Shown here one piece after another: positions 6,627 to 13,385 of a stretch of DNA of 15,331 nucleotides (the first letter of the stretch is position 1; each line of letters opens with the position of its first letter). Both the position numbers and the translations under genes were made by a program. Below the pieces are notes generated by a model. It searched no databases, had not been told where the DNA came from, and saw only the letters and a program-made list of their open reading frames with translations. Origin of the DNA: a virus (lineage: Duplodnaviria; Heunggongvirae; Uroviricota; Caudoviricetes). The stretch lies in the IMG/VR virus record IMGVR_UViG_2706794665_000015; one strand, 5' to 3'.

Positions 6627-7161
6627 ACAGGTTTGTGAGGCTCTGGATGCCTGGGTATGTCGACCAGGAATGACACAGGAGCAAGCGACGATATTAATCA
6701 CGGAAGCATTCTGGGCTCTGAAAGAACGCCCGAACATCGATGTTCAACGCGTCACGTTTAATGATGGCGAGGTTGATCAACGGGCGCTGGGCGTTAACCG
6801 GGTGAAGATATTCGAACGCTGGAAAGCTATCGACACCAGGGATAAGCGGAAAAAATTCACGGCGCTGATTCCGGCAATTATGGAGGCTATCCGAATTAGT
6901 GATTTCAGGTTGTATCGTGAGATCAGTGATGGAAAAAGCATTACGTACATGATCGCCGGATTAAACAAAGAATATGGCGATGTGGTGGAGTCCGGGCTGC
7001 TTTTTGCGGATCCAGCTGTTGTGGAACGTGAGACTGACGAGCTTATAGAAAAAGCTATTGCTTTCAAGCATGCGTATCGTCAGCAATATCAATATTACTT
7101 TGCAGATAAACAAATGTCTGCCAGGGGTTTGTATGAGTATCGATGCACTACGATGGGCTAA
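6610..7161 (+). CDS. Hypothetical early protein (183 aa) in the post-cro position
   Basis: ORF starts 17 nt before the dicC stop (coupled) and continues into the replication gene; position corresponds to CII/YdaT-type regulators in related prophages. No motif I can assign. Confidence 0.55.
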   Translation: MKITPEQVCEALDAWVCRPGMTQEQATILITEAFWALKERPNIDVQRVTFNDGEVDQRALGVNRVKIFERWKAIDTRDKRKKFTALIPAIMEAIRISDFRLYREISDGKSITYMIAGLNKEYGDVVESGLLFADPAVVERETDELIEKAIAFKHAYRQQYQYYFADKQMSARGLYEYRCTTMG

Positions 7162-8173
7162 AAAGGTGAAAACCGGCAGTTCATCCAGTAAGTCTGTATT
7201 GACCTGGCTTGCTGATATGTGCGGTGCCGATTTGTGTGCATACCCGTCTGTATCTGCACTGGCAGAAGTAACGGAACTAAACAAAAAGACTGTGCAGGAC
7301 AGCTTACGACACCTGATGGAGATTGGGTTAATTGTTGATACCGGTGAGAGAAAAGGCAGAACAAAGCAAATTGTGGTGTACCGACTTATCGGTGTAGAAG
7401 AAAGTGTTGCCGAGCCTGAATACACCCAAAAACGGGAGTCTTTAAAGGTGGGTAAAATTGGTGCTGTTAATAAAAACAGTACCGAAAATGGTTATGTTTC
7501 AGCACAAAACAGACCCAAAAACGGAACTCTTAGCTGCATGGAAAATAACCAAAGACACCCAAATTTTCCATCAAAGACACCCAAAAACGGATCACGGAAC
7601 CCAAAGGAACCCAAAGATCTAAACCCCACACATAACGCACGCGAGAGTGCTCCGACCAGTGAGCAGGAAGTTTTGTCGTTACAGGCAGCACCCCTTGTAT
7701 TCCTGGATGGCCTGAGCGAACCCATCGGAAAATTTCCGATGACCGATAGCTGGTATCCGTCACGGGATTTTCGACGACGGGCTGCGTTGTGGGGGATGGC
7801 TTTGCCGGAGACAGAATTTACACCTGCTGAACTTGCCGCCTTCCGGGACTACTGGGCAGCGGAGGGGAAAGTGTTTACGCAGATTCAGTGGGAGCAGAAA
7901 TTCGCCCGTCACGTAAATCACGTCAGGGCGCAGGTTAAACCAGTCAGCAAGGGGGTAAACCATGCAGCAGCACCAGGTGGCACCGCATCACGGGCAGTTC
8001 AGGAAATTCGGGCAGCACGTGAGCAGTGGGAACGTGAAAACGGATTTATCAGCGACGGAAACGGTCTGGAAGCTGTGGGAACTCATGGGGGAGGTTTATT
8101 CGAACCGCTGGACCCAGAAGAACGGGGCCGCACCTTCGAAGCTCTGGATTGCACAGATTGGCGCGATGACTGA
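7133..8173 (+). CDS. Replication initiator (lambda O functional analog): N-terminal winged-helix domain, Pro/Lys/Asn-rich linker, C-terminal DnaT-like domain
   Basis: Start taken at MSIDALRWAKK (ATG 7133) within track ORF 7058..8173. N-terminal wHTH-like segment and a C-terminal DnaT-like motif region (…FTPAELAAFRDYWAAEGKVFTQIQWEQKFARHV…). The linker coding region carries iteron-like repeats. Confidence 0.75.
   Translation: MSIDALRWAKKVKTGSSSSKSVLTWLADMCGADLCAYPSVSALAEVTELNKKTVQDSLRHLMEIGLIVDTGERKGRTKQIVVYRLIGVEESVAEPEYTQKRESLKVGKIGAVNKNSTENGYVSAQNRPKNGTLSCMENNQRHPNFPSKTPKNGSRNPKEPKDLNPTHNARESAPTSEQEVLSLQAAPLVFLDGLSEPIGKFPMTDSWYPSRDFRRRAALWGMALPETEFTPAELAAFRDYWAAEGKVFTQIQWEQKFARHVNHVRAQVKPVSKGVNHAAAPGGTASRAVQEIRAAREQWERENGFISDGNGLEAVGTHGGGLFEPLDPEERGRTFEALDCTDWRDD
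7509..7620. repeat. Iteron-like direct repeats (core ACCCAAA, five copies) inside the initiator gene; candidate origin of replication
   Basis: ACCCAAA(A/G) at about 7513, 7557, 7579, 7600 and 7610, spaced in multiples of roughly 10-11 bp (44, 22, 21, 10); two longer copies GACACCCAAA...; falls in the linker region, as ori-lambda falls inside O. Confidence 0.5.
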
Positions 8174-8627
8174 GCAGCAAATCCGACAGGTCTGCCGCCA
8201 GTGCATGGACCGCTGCCGGGCGGGTGAAACATGGCCTCCGAACCTGGCTGAGTTTGTGGCGCTGATTTCAGAAAGCGGGGCCAATCCATTTGGCCTGACG
8301 GTGGATGCTGTGATGGAGGAGTACCGCCGCTGGCGTGATGAGTCCTGGCGATATGACGGAAGCGACAAATATCCGTGGCCTCAGCCTGTGCTGTACCACA
8401 TCTGCCTCGAAATGCGTACCAGAGGGATTGAGCGCCAGATGACGCAGGGTGAGTTAAAACGACTTGCGGAACGGCAACTGACGAAATGGGCAAAGCATGT
8501 TGGTAACGGGATGAGTGTTCCGCCAGTGCGACGACAACTGGAAGGGGCGAAACACCCGCAAGGGCCAACGCCAATTGAACGGCTGAAACAGGAATACGAA
8601 CGCCGGAAGGCAGCTGGTTTTATTTGA
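7962..8627 (+). CDS. Lambda-P-like replication protein (helicase loader), 221 aa
   Basis: C-terminal two-thirds align by eye with lambda P (YPWPQPVLYH… vs YPWKSNAHYW…; …ELKRLAERQL… vs …ELRRKAADEL…). ATG at 7962 has a G-rich RBS (GGGGG at 7951-7955). Overlaps the initiator ORF by 212 nt in another frame. Confidence 0.75.
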   Translation: MQQHQVAPHHGQFRKFGQHVSSGNVKTDLSATETVWKLWELMGEVYSNRWTQKNGAAPSKLWIAQIGAMTEQQIRQVCRQCMDRCRAGETWPPNLAEFVALISESGANPFGLTVDAVMEEYRRWRDESWRYDGSDKYPWPQPVLYHICLEMRTRGIERQMTQGELKRLAERQLTKWAKHVGNGMSVPPVRRQLEGAKHPQGPTPIERLKQEYERRKAAGFI

Positions 8628-8660
8628 ATCTGAGAAACGATTTTGTCGGAGGAAATTTTA

Positions 8661-8878
8661 ATGGAAACCGTATTTGACGCACTGAAAGCAATGGGAAAAG
8701 CCACATCGGTAGAACTGGCCGCGCGACTTGATATCAGTCGTGAAGAGGTTCTCAACGAGCTGTGGGAACTCAAAAGAAATGACGTCGTTGATAAAACTGG
8801 TCACACCTGGTTTCTGGCTGGCGAAGGTGAATCCCGGGTAACCGAAGAGCGGCCAGTAAAATCTGAAGCACAGGATAT
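8661..8878 (+). CDS. Hypothetical winged-helix-like protein, 3' end lost in the N run
   Basis: ATG at 8661 preceded by GGAGG (8649-8653); reading frame runs into the gap at 8879. Confidence 0.5.
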
Positions 8879-9153
8879 NNNNNNNNNNNNNNNNNNNNNN
8901 NNNNNNNNNNNNNNNNNNNNNNNNNNNNNNNNNNNNNNNNNNNNNNNNNNNNNNNNNNNNNNNNNNNNNNNNNNNNNNNNNNNNNNNNNNNNNNNNNNNN
9001 NNNNNNNNNNNNNNNNNNNNNNNNNNNNNNNNNNNNNNNNNNNNNNNNNNNNNNNNNNNNNNNNNNNNNNNNNNNNNNNNNNNNNNNNNNNNNNNNNNNN
9101 NNNNNNNNNNNNNNNNNNNNNNNNNNNNNNNNNNNNNNNNNNNNNNNNNNNNN
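8879..9153. other. Run of 275 N (assembly gap or masked sequence)
   Basis: Uninterrupted N characters; true length and content unknown. Confidence 1.
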
Positions 9154-9411
9154 CGGGAAGCCGCAACACAGGAAGAAATTAAAACAGAAACTGTGGCGGA
9201 CATTGTGCAGCCGTTGCCATCGTTTACCGAAACGCAAGCAGATGAGCTGATTTTTCCGTCCCTTCGCAGGGCAAACCTGGCGCTGCGCAGGGCGAAAAGT
9301 GATGTTCAGAAGTGGGAGCGAGTCTGCGCCGCGCTGCGGGAGCTGAACAAGCACCGGGATATTGTTCGACAGATTACTGATTCTTCCCGCCGTGTTGTAT
9401 CGGAAAAGTGA
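9154..9411 (+). CDS. 3' portion of a CDS whose start lies in or before the N run
   Basis: The frame is open from the first base after the gap to TGA at 9409-9411; the track's GTG start at 9193 is probably internal. Could be the C-terminus of the 8661 gene if the gap is short. Confidence 0.4.
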   Translation, partial: REAATQEEIKTETVADIVQPLPSFTETQADELIFPSLRRANLALRRAKSDVQKWERVCAALRELNKHRDIVRQITDSSRRVVSEK

Positions 9412-9426
9412 TTGCCGGAGGCGCTT

Positions 9427-9819
9427 ATGGCAAAAGTATTTACACCAGAAGAGCGGGAAGAAGTGAAGGCGCGCATTGTGGAATTCGTGCGCCTGAGCGG
9501 ACGAGAAACTTTTCGACAACTGGCAGATAAAACGGGTGTCAGTAAGACCGCTATTCGTCGTTTATCTGGTGCGCTTGCGGCCAGTGGTGATGTCTGGCTC
9601 TCTGGTTGCGGGGTATTTCCATCAGAGCAGGCGTATCGCGTATGGCGTAAGACACCGGAGAAGGCTGCTGACCCGACACTGATTCGAAAGTTACCTGACG
9701 GAGAAATACGTCGTTACAACAGACGGCAGAACATAATTTGTCGTGAGTGCCGCCAGAGCGAAGTTATGCAGCGTGTGCTGGCGTTCTATCGGGGAAACTT
9801 TCAGGAGGTGATGGAGTGA
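9427..9819 (+). CDS. Hypothetical protein with a predicted helix-turn-helix segment (130 aa)
   Basis: ATG at 9427 preceded by GGAGG (9416-9420); HTH-like stretch FRQLADKTGVSKTAIRRL; C-terminal CxxC (CRECRQ). Confidence 0.55.
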   Translation: MAKVFTPEEREEVKARIVEFVRLSGRETFRQLADKTGVSKTAIRRLSGALAASGDVWLSGCGVFPSEQAYRVWRKTPEKAADPTLIRKLPDGEIRRYNRRQNIICRECRQSEVMQRVLAFYRGNFQEVME

Positions 9820-10112
9820 GGGTCAGAGTTTATATTGCCGGTCCAATGACGGGATATGAAAATTTCAACCGTGAGGCGTTTCACAAGGCGGAAGAGGAAC
9901 TGAAACGGGAAGGGCATACCGTCTTAAACCCGGCAGTACTTCCGGACGGGCTGACACAGCCGCACTACATGGATATTTGCATGGCAATGATTCGTTGTGT
10001 GGATGCGATTTACATGCTGAATGGCTGGCAGCGGTCAGCGGGCGCTAAGGCAGAGCTGGCACTGGCGGAGAAACTGGGGCATGCAGTGATTTATCAGGAG
10101 GTGGCTCAATGA
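9816..10112 (+). CDS. DUF4406-like protein (nucleoside 2-deoxyribosyltransferase-like fold), 98 aa
   Basis: GTG start at 9816 with GGAGG upstream, needed to include the conserved VYIAGPMTG glycine-rich loop; start overlaps the upstream stop. Family call is from recalled motif. Confidence 0.55.
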   Translation: MRVRVYIAGPMTGYENFNREAFHKAEEELKREGHTVLNPAVLPDGLTQPHYMDICMAMIRCVDAIYMLNGWQRSAGAKAELALAEKLGHAVIYQEVAQ

Positions 10113-10570
10113 GAGAGGTTAACTATGAGGCGCTTCGTGAGGCAGCACAAAACTATCAGTCGACGCTGGCGTGGTATCAGGCTATCCCGGACAGCCCAAA
10201 TGCTGAACGGGATTGTGATGCGGCTCTTGCTGCGTTTAAGCGTCACATCCGTCATCGGGAAGCGGATATTATCGCTGATTTGCTGGATGGACTGGAAGAA
10301 GCAAAATCACAACTCAAAGAGCAGCGTGAGTATTACGAAGGCGTTATCTCTGATGGGAGCAAGCGTATTGCTGAACTGGAAGCGCGGGAAGTTCAATTAC
10401 CGACTCGCTACGACCTTCGATATGGACACCCGATAAATGCAGATGAGCGACATGTCATGATACCTAAAGAAAATGGCAGTTGGCTTTACCTGATTGACCT
10501 AGAACACGCATTACGCGTCTCTGGCATTCGCATCAAAGGAGAGGAGCATGGAAATAAAACCAGAGGATGA
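10109..10570 (+). CDS. Hypothetical protein (153 aa)
   Basis: ATG overlaps the upstream stop (ATGA at 10109-10112); part of a chain of coupled nin-like genes. Confidence 0.55.
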   Translation: MREVNYEALREAAQNYQSTLAWYQAIPDSPNAERDCDAALAAFKRHIRHREADIIADLLDGLEEAKSQLKEQREYYEGVISDGSKRIAELEAREVQLPTRYDLRYGHPINADERHVMIPKENGSWLYLIDLEHALRVSGIRIKGEEHGNKTRG

Positions 10571-10659
10571 GTTAAGCAATATCGTTTTATTTCCGGTAAA
10601 AGAGGATGACCCTCGTAATCAGGTTAATTTTCTTTATGAGCCATCGGAAAGACCATATT
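10548..10659 (+). CDS. Hypothetical protein, 5' portion only (runs into the N run)
   Basis: ATG at 10548 preceded by GGAGGAG; frame is open to the gap at 10660. Confidence 0.45.
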
Positions 10660-10910
10660 NNNNNNNNNNNNNNNNNNNNNNNNNNNNNNNNNNNNNNNNN
10701 NNNNNNNNNNNNNNNNNNNNNNNNNNNNNNNNNNNNNNNNNNNNNNNNNNNNNNNNNNNNNNNNNNNNNNNNNNNNNNNNNNNNNNNNNNNNNNNNNNNN
10801 NNNNNNNNNNNNNNNNNNNNNNNNNNNNNNNNNNNNNNNNNNNNNNNNNNNNNNNNNNNNNNNNNNNNNNNNNNNNNNNNNNNNNNNNNNNNNNNNNNNN
10901 NNNNNNNNNN
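10660..10910. other. Run of 251 N (assembly gap or masked sequence)
   Basis: Uninterrupted N characters. Confidence 1.
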
Positions 10911-10993
10911 CTCTGTTAAAAATTTAATCCTTAACCGGAGGGATTTCTGCACCCTCAGAACATCAGGAGGCCGCCCGAAAGGGCGGTAGTTAA

Positions 10994-11176
10994 ATGCGAA
11001 AGTTTAAAATAATTATTGAAACGGGAATAGCCGGTGGAGATTTCGAGGATGAATTCGAAGTGGATGATGATGCGACGCCTGATGAAATACATGACGAAGC
11101 AAAAGATATTTTCTTTAACTACTGCAATTACTCATATCACGAAATAAAAGACGAAGAGGAAGAGCAAAATGGCTGA
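10994..11176 (+). CDS. Small highly acidic hypothetical protein (60 aa, about one third Asp/Glu)
   Basis: ATG at 10994; A+T-rich; 20 acidic residues against 5 Lys/Arg; followed by overlapping downstream genes. Confidence 0.5.
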   Translation: MRKFKIIIETGIAGGDFEDEFEVDDDATPDEIHDEAKDIFFNYCNYSYHEIKDEEEEQNG

Positions 11177-11345
11177 TTTTGGTTCAATTAAATACAACGT
11201 CAGTTTTGAAGCATGGCATGAACTGTTAATGGACTATGCAGAGTTACGTGGTGGCAGTGCTGCTGATGCTGAAGCATGGCGTGATGATTATGAAGCAGGA
11301 AAAACTCCGGTCGAAGCATATTGTGATGAGTGGGGCGATGAATGA
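11169..11345 (+). CDS. Small acidic hypothetical protein (58 aa); not in the supplied ORF track (under 60 aa)
   Basis: ATG at 11169 overlaps the upstream stop (ATGGCTGA), GAGGAA upstream; its stop overlaps the next gene's ATG (ATGA at 11342-11345). Confidence 0.5.
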   Translation: MADFGSIKYNVSFEAWHELLMDYAELRGGSAADAEAWRDDYEAGKTPVEAYCDEWGDE

Positions 11346-11857
11346 GCGAGATTAATTATCAGGAAGGGCATGAAACGGCAGGGCAGGCAAAACCAGTTGC
11401 ATGGCGATATCGCTACGTGAAAAAAGACGTTACAGACTTTCAGGGGAAGCCGTGGGCTGGTGACTGGAAATATGTACCGACAAAAGAGGATTGTAACGAC
11501 AGGCCGAACTATGAAATTCAGGCCTTATTCATCGGCCCGCCAGTCCCGGTGACATCAGAAGGACTGGTTAAAGCCGTGCGCTTTTATGAACAGGTAAAGC
11601 GTGAGAATCCGCCAGTCGAAACAGGAGCATGGAAGGATGCTGTTGACTGGGTGCTCAGAGAGGCCTGCTGCGCTGCCATTCTGGGTAAAGCCGACAATCC
11701 ACCAGCATCCGGCAATCAGGTTAGCGAATTAACAATGTGGGTTAAACGACTGGTCAGTCAACTGAAAAAAGCTCAGCCGGACTGCAAATTACCGGAGAAG
11801 GCGATGGATTACCTGAAACGAAATGGACTGATAAGCGTGGAGGATGTTTTACGATGA
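11342..11857 (+). CDS. Hypothetical protein (171 aa)
   Basis: Translationally coupled to the upstream small gene; clean ORF. Confidence 0.55.
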   Translation: MSEINYQEGHETAGQAKPVAWRYRYVKKDVTDFQGKPWAGDWKYVPTKEDCNDRPNYEIQALFIGPPVPVTSEGLVKAVRFYEQVKRENPPVETGAWKDAVDWVLREACCAAILGKADNPPASGNQVSELTMWVKRLVSQLKKAQPDCKLPEKAMDYLKRNGLISVEDVLR

Positions 11858-11977
11858 ATATTTAGACTAAAGAGTTTGTAACGCTATGTAAGTGATTTTT
11901 TCTGGTTTAGATATTTATATGTCCGGCCAAATTGAGGTGTGTTTAAATGTAATTGCACATTGATTGTAGGGGGAATA

Positions 11978-12157
11978 ATGAAAAACGCATTGCAGTTTTT
12001 GTTTGTTGCGTTCTGGTTGTTCGCATCATGTATGCCCATCATCTTCACAGCAAGGTATATGGAAAAAATTGATGTTTTGATATTAATGTTTGGACATATA
12101 AATGCCCTTTTTTTAGGGGTGTTCATGGCGGTCATGTGCATTGAATACTGGCGGTAA
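11978..12157 (+). CDS. Small hydrophobic protein (59 aa, two predicted transmembrane helices)
   Basis: ATG at 11978 preceded by AGGGGGAA; A+T-rich; the track's GTG start at 11939 adds 13 residues with no RBS. Confidence 0.45.
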   Translation: MKNALQFLFVAFWLFASCMPIIFTARYMEKIDVLILMFGHINALFLGVFMAVMCIEYWR

Positions 12158-12212
12158 ATACAGCGAACGCCATTGGTTTAGTTGGATATTTACTGTGCCG
12201 GACAAAAACGGT

Positions 12213-12240
12213 TTGCGGGGAAATCTTAGTTAAGTAGAAT
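12213..12240 (+). promoter_or_regulatory. Putative promoter of the hok transcript (-35 TTGCGG, 16-bp spacer, -10 TAGAAT)
   Basis: Hexamers at 12213-12218 and 12235-12240, about 120 nt upstream of the leader ORF, consistent with the long structured 5' leader of hok-family mRNAs. Confidence 0.35.
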
Positions 12241-12359
12241 AACTGCGGGTGCTTGAGGCTATCTGTCTCAGGCATGAACACCAAAAGGCAGATAGAGAAA
12301 AGCCCCAGTTAACATTACGCGTCCTGCAAGACGCTTAACATTAATCTGAGGCCATATCT

Positions 12360-12419
12360 ATGCGACACATAGAGATTAGCCTCTTACGGACCGAAAGGTC
12401 AAGGAGAAGCAGGCTATGA
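12360..12419 (+). CDS. Short upstream ORF (19 codons) ending in ATGA overlap with hok; mok-like coupling element
   Basis: ATG at 12360 with GAGG upstream; its TGA (12417-12419) overlaps the hok ATG (12416-12418). Confidence 0.3.
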   Translation: MRHIEISLLRTERSRRSRL

Positions 12420-12571
12420 AGCAGCAAAAGGCGATGTTAATCGCCCTGATCGTCATCTGTTTAACCGTCATAGTGACGGCACTGGTAACGAGGAAAGACC
12501 TCTGCGAGGTACGAATCCGAACCGGCCAGACGGAGGTCGCTGTCTTCACAGCTTACGAACCTGAGGAGTAA
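12416..12571 (+). CDS. hokD: Hok-family type I toxin (HokD/RelF-like), 51 aa
   Basis: Product MKQQKAMLIALIVICLTVIVTALVTRKDLCEVRIRTGQTEVAVFTAYEPEE has the Hok signature (single TM helix then RKDLCE…); GGAG 7 nt upstream. Coordinates may be off by 1 (hand-indexed). Confidence 0.85.
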   Translation: MKQQKAMLIALIVICLTVIVTALVTRKDLCEVRIRTGQTEVAVFTAYEPEE

Positions 12572-12641
12572 GAGACCCGGCGAGGGAGAAATCCCTCGCC
12601 ACCTCTGATGTGGCAGGCATTCTCAACGCACCCGCACTTAA

Positions 12642-12671
12642 CCCGCTTCGGCGGGTTTTTGTTTTTATTTT
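12642..12671 (+). terminator. Rho-independent terminator of the hok transcript
   Basis: CCCGC-TTCG-GCGGG hairpin followed by TTTTTGTTTTTATTTT; preceded by a second perfect 9-bp stem (GGCGAGGGA-GAAA-TCCCTCGCC, 12579-12600) like the 3' fold-back element of hok mRNAs. Confidence 0.7.
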
Positions 12672-12787
12672 CAACGCATTTGAAGTTCTGGACGGTGCCG
12701 GAATAGAATCAAAAATACTTAAGTAGCGCGCAGGGATAAGAGGGATGGTCCCTTAAAGGGGAGAGCTAATTATCCGGAAGGATTCTG

Positions 12788-13039
12788 ATGATGAACATCG
12801 AAGAACTGCGTAAAATTTTTTGTGAAGATGGCCTCTATGCTGTGTGCGTTGAAAATGGAAATATTGTTAGTCATTACCGCATTGTGTGTTTGCAAAAAAA
12901 TGGGGCTGCGTTAATTAATTTTGTGGATGCCCGAGTGACGGACGGATTTATCTTGCGCGACGGTGAGTTTGTCACTTCATTACAGGTATTGAAAGAGATC
13001 GGAATAAAAGCTGGCTTTTCTGCTTTTTCAGAAGAATAA
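12788..13039 (+). CDS. rem: Rem-like protein (83 aa, function unknown)
   Basis: MMNIEELRKIFCEDG… ; GGAAGG upstream; same length and position (next to hokD, before ydfU) as Rem of the Qin prophage as I recall it. Confidence 0.65.
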   Translation: MMNIEELRKIFCEDGLYAVCVENGNIVSHYRIVCLQKNGAALINFVDARVTDGFILRDGEFVTSLQVLKEIGIKAGFSAFSEE

Positions 13040-13105
13040 ACTCATCTACAATCTTGCGCGGGGCTGAACTCCCGCTGAGTAACACCGTGCCACCGGAGAA
13101 AACCG

Positions 13106-13384
13106 ATGGCACGCAACGCAAAATATTACAAACATGATAATTCGACCGTTCTTGCCCACACGCACGAGCGGTATTCTCACGCATTTAAGTCAGACTGGTA
13201 CCAGCATCCCCCATGCACTGAAGAACAGGCCGAATGGCTCATTCAGTGTTACCGCAGGCGCGGATGCGAGGTTAAAAAAGCCCTTAGCCTCGACTACCGT
13301 CACTGGATAATCTCCGTCAGGCTTCCTTACTCTGAACGCCCACCGCGTCCGTCCCGCACATTCCAGCAACGCATCTGGAGGTAA
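13106..13384 (+). CDS. Hypothetical protein (92 aa)
   Basis: ATG at 13106 preceded by GGAGAA; stop lies 1 nt before the ydfU-like start. Confidence 0.45.
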   Translation: MARNAKYYKHDNSTVLAHTHERYSHAFKSDWYQHPPCTEEQAEWLIQCYRRRGCEVKKALSLDYRHWIISVRLPYSERPPRPSRTFQQRIWR

Positions 13385-13385
13385 C

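Noticed and set aside
6408-6737. Minus-strand ORFs (109 and 88 aa) antisense to dicC and the following gene
   Set aside because: Shadow ORFs opposite coupled plus-strand genes; no RBS.
8083-8773. Minus-strand ORFs (163, 90, 130 aa) antisense to the P-like gene
   Set aside because: Ser/Arg/Ala-rich translations characteristic of the reverse strand of a GC-rich gene; no start-site support.
8658-9519. ORFs whose translations contain long runs of X
   Set aside because: Produced by translating the N runs; they are not real reading frames.
8879-10910. N runs considered as possible repeat or CRISPR-like features
   Set aside because: They are ambiguity characters, not sequence; no direct-repeat/spacer periodicity exists anywhere in the window.
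11884-12141. 85-aa minus-strand ORF
   Set aside because: Antisense to the small membrane-protein gene in A+T-rich DNA; no RBS and a low-complexity translation.
11860-12415. Search for relB/relE upstream of hok
   Set aside because: No ORF with RelE-like or RelB-like sequence is present; the only ORF is the 59-aa membrane protein, so the hok here is not part of a relBE-hok operon.
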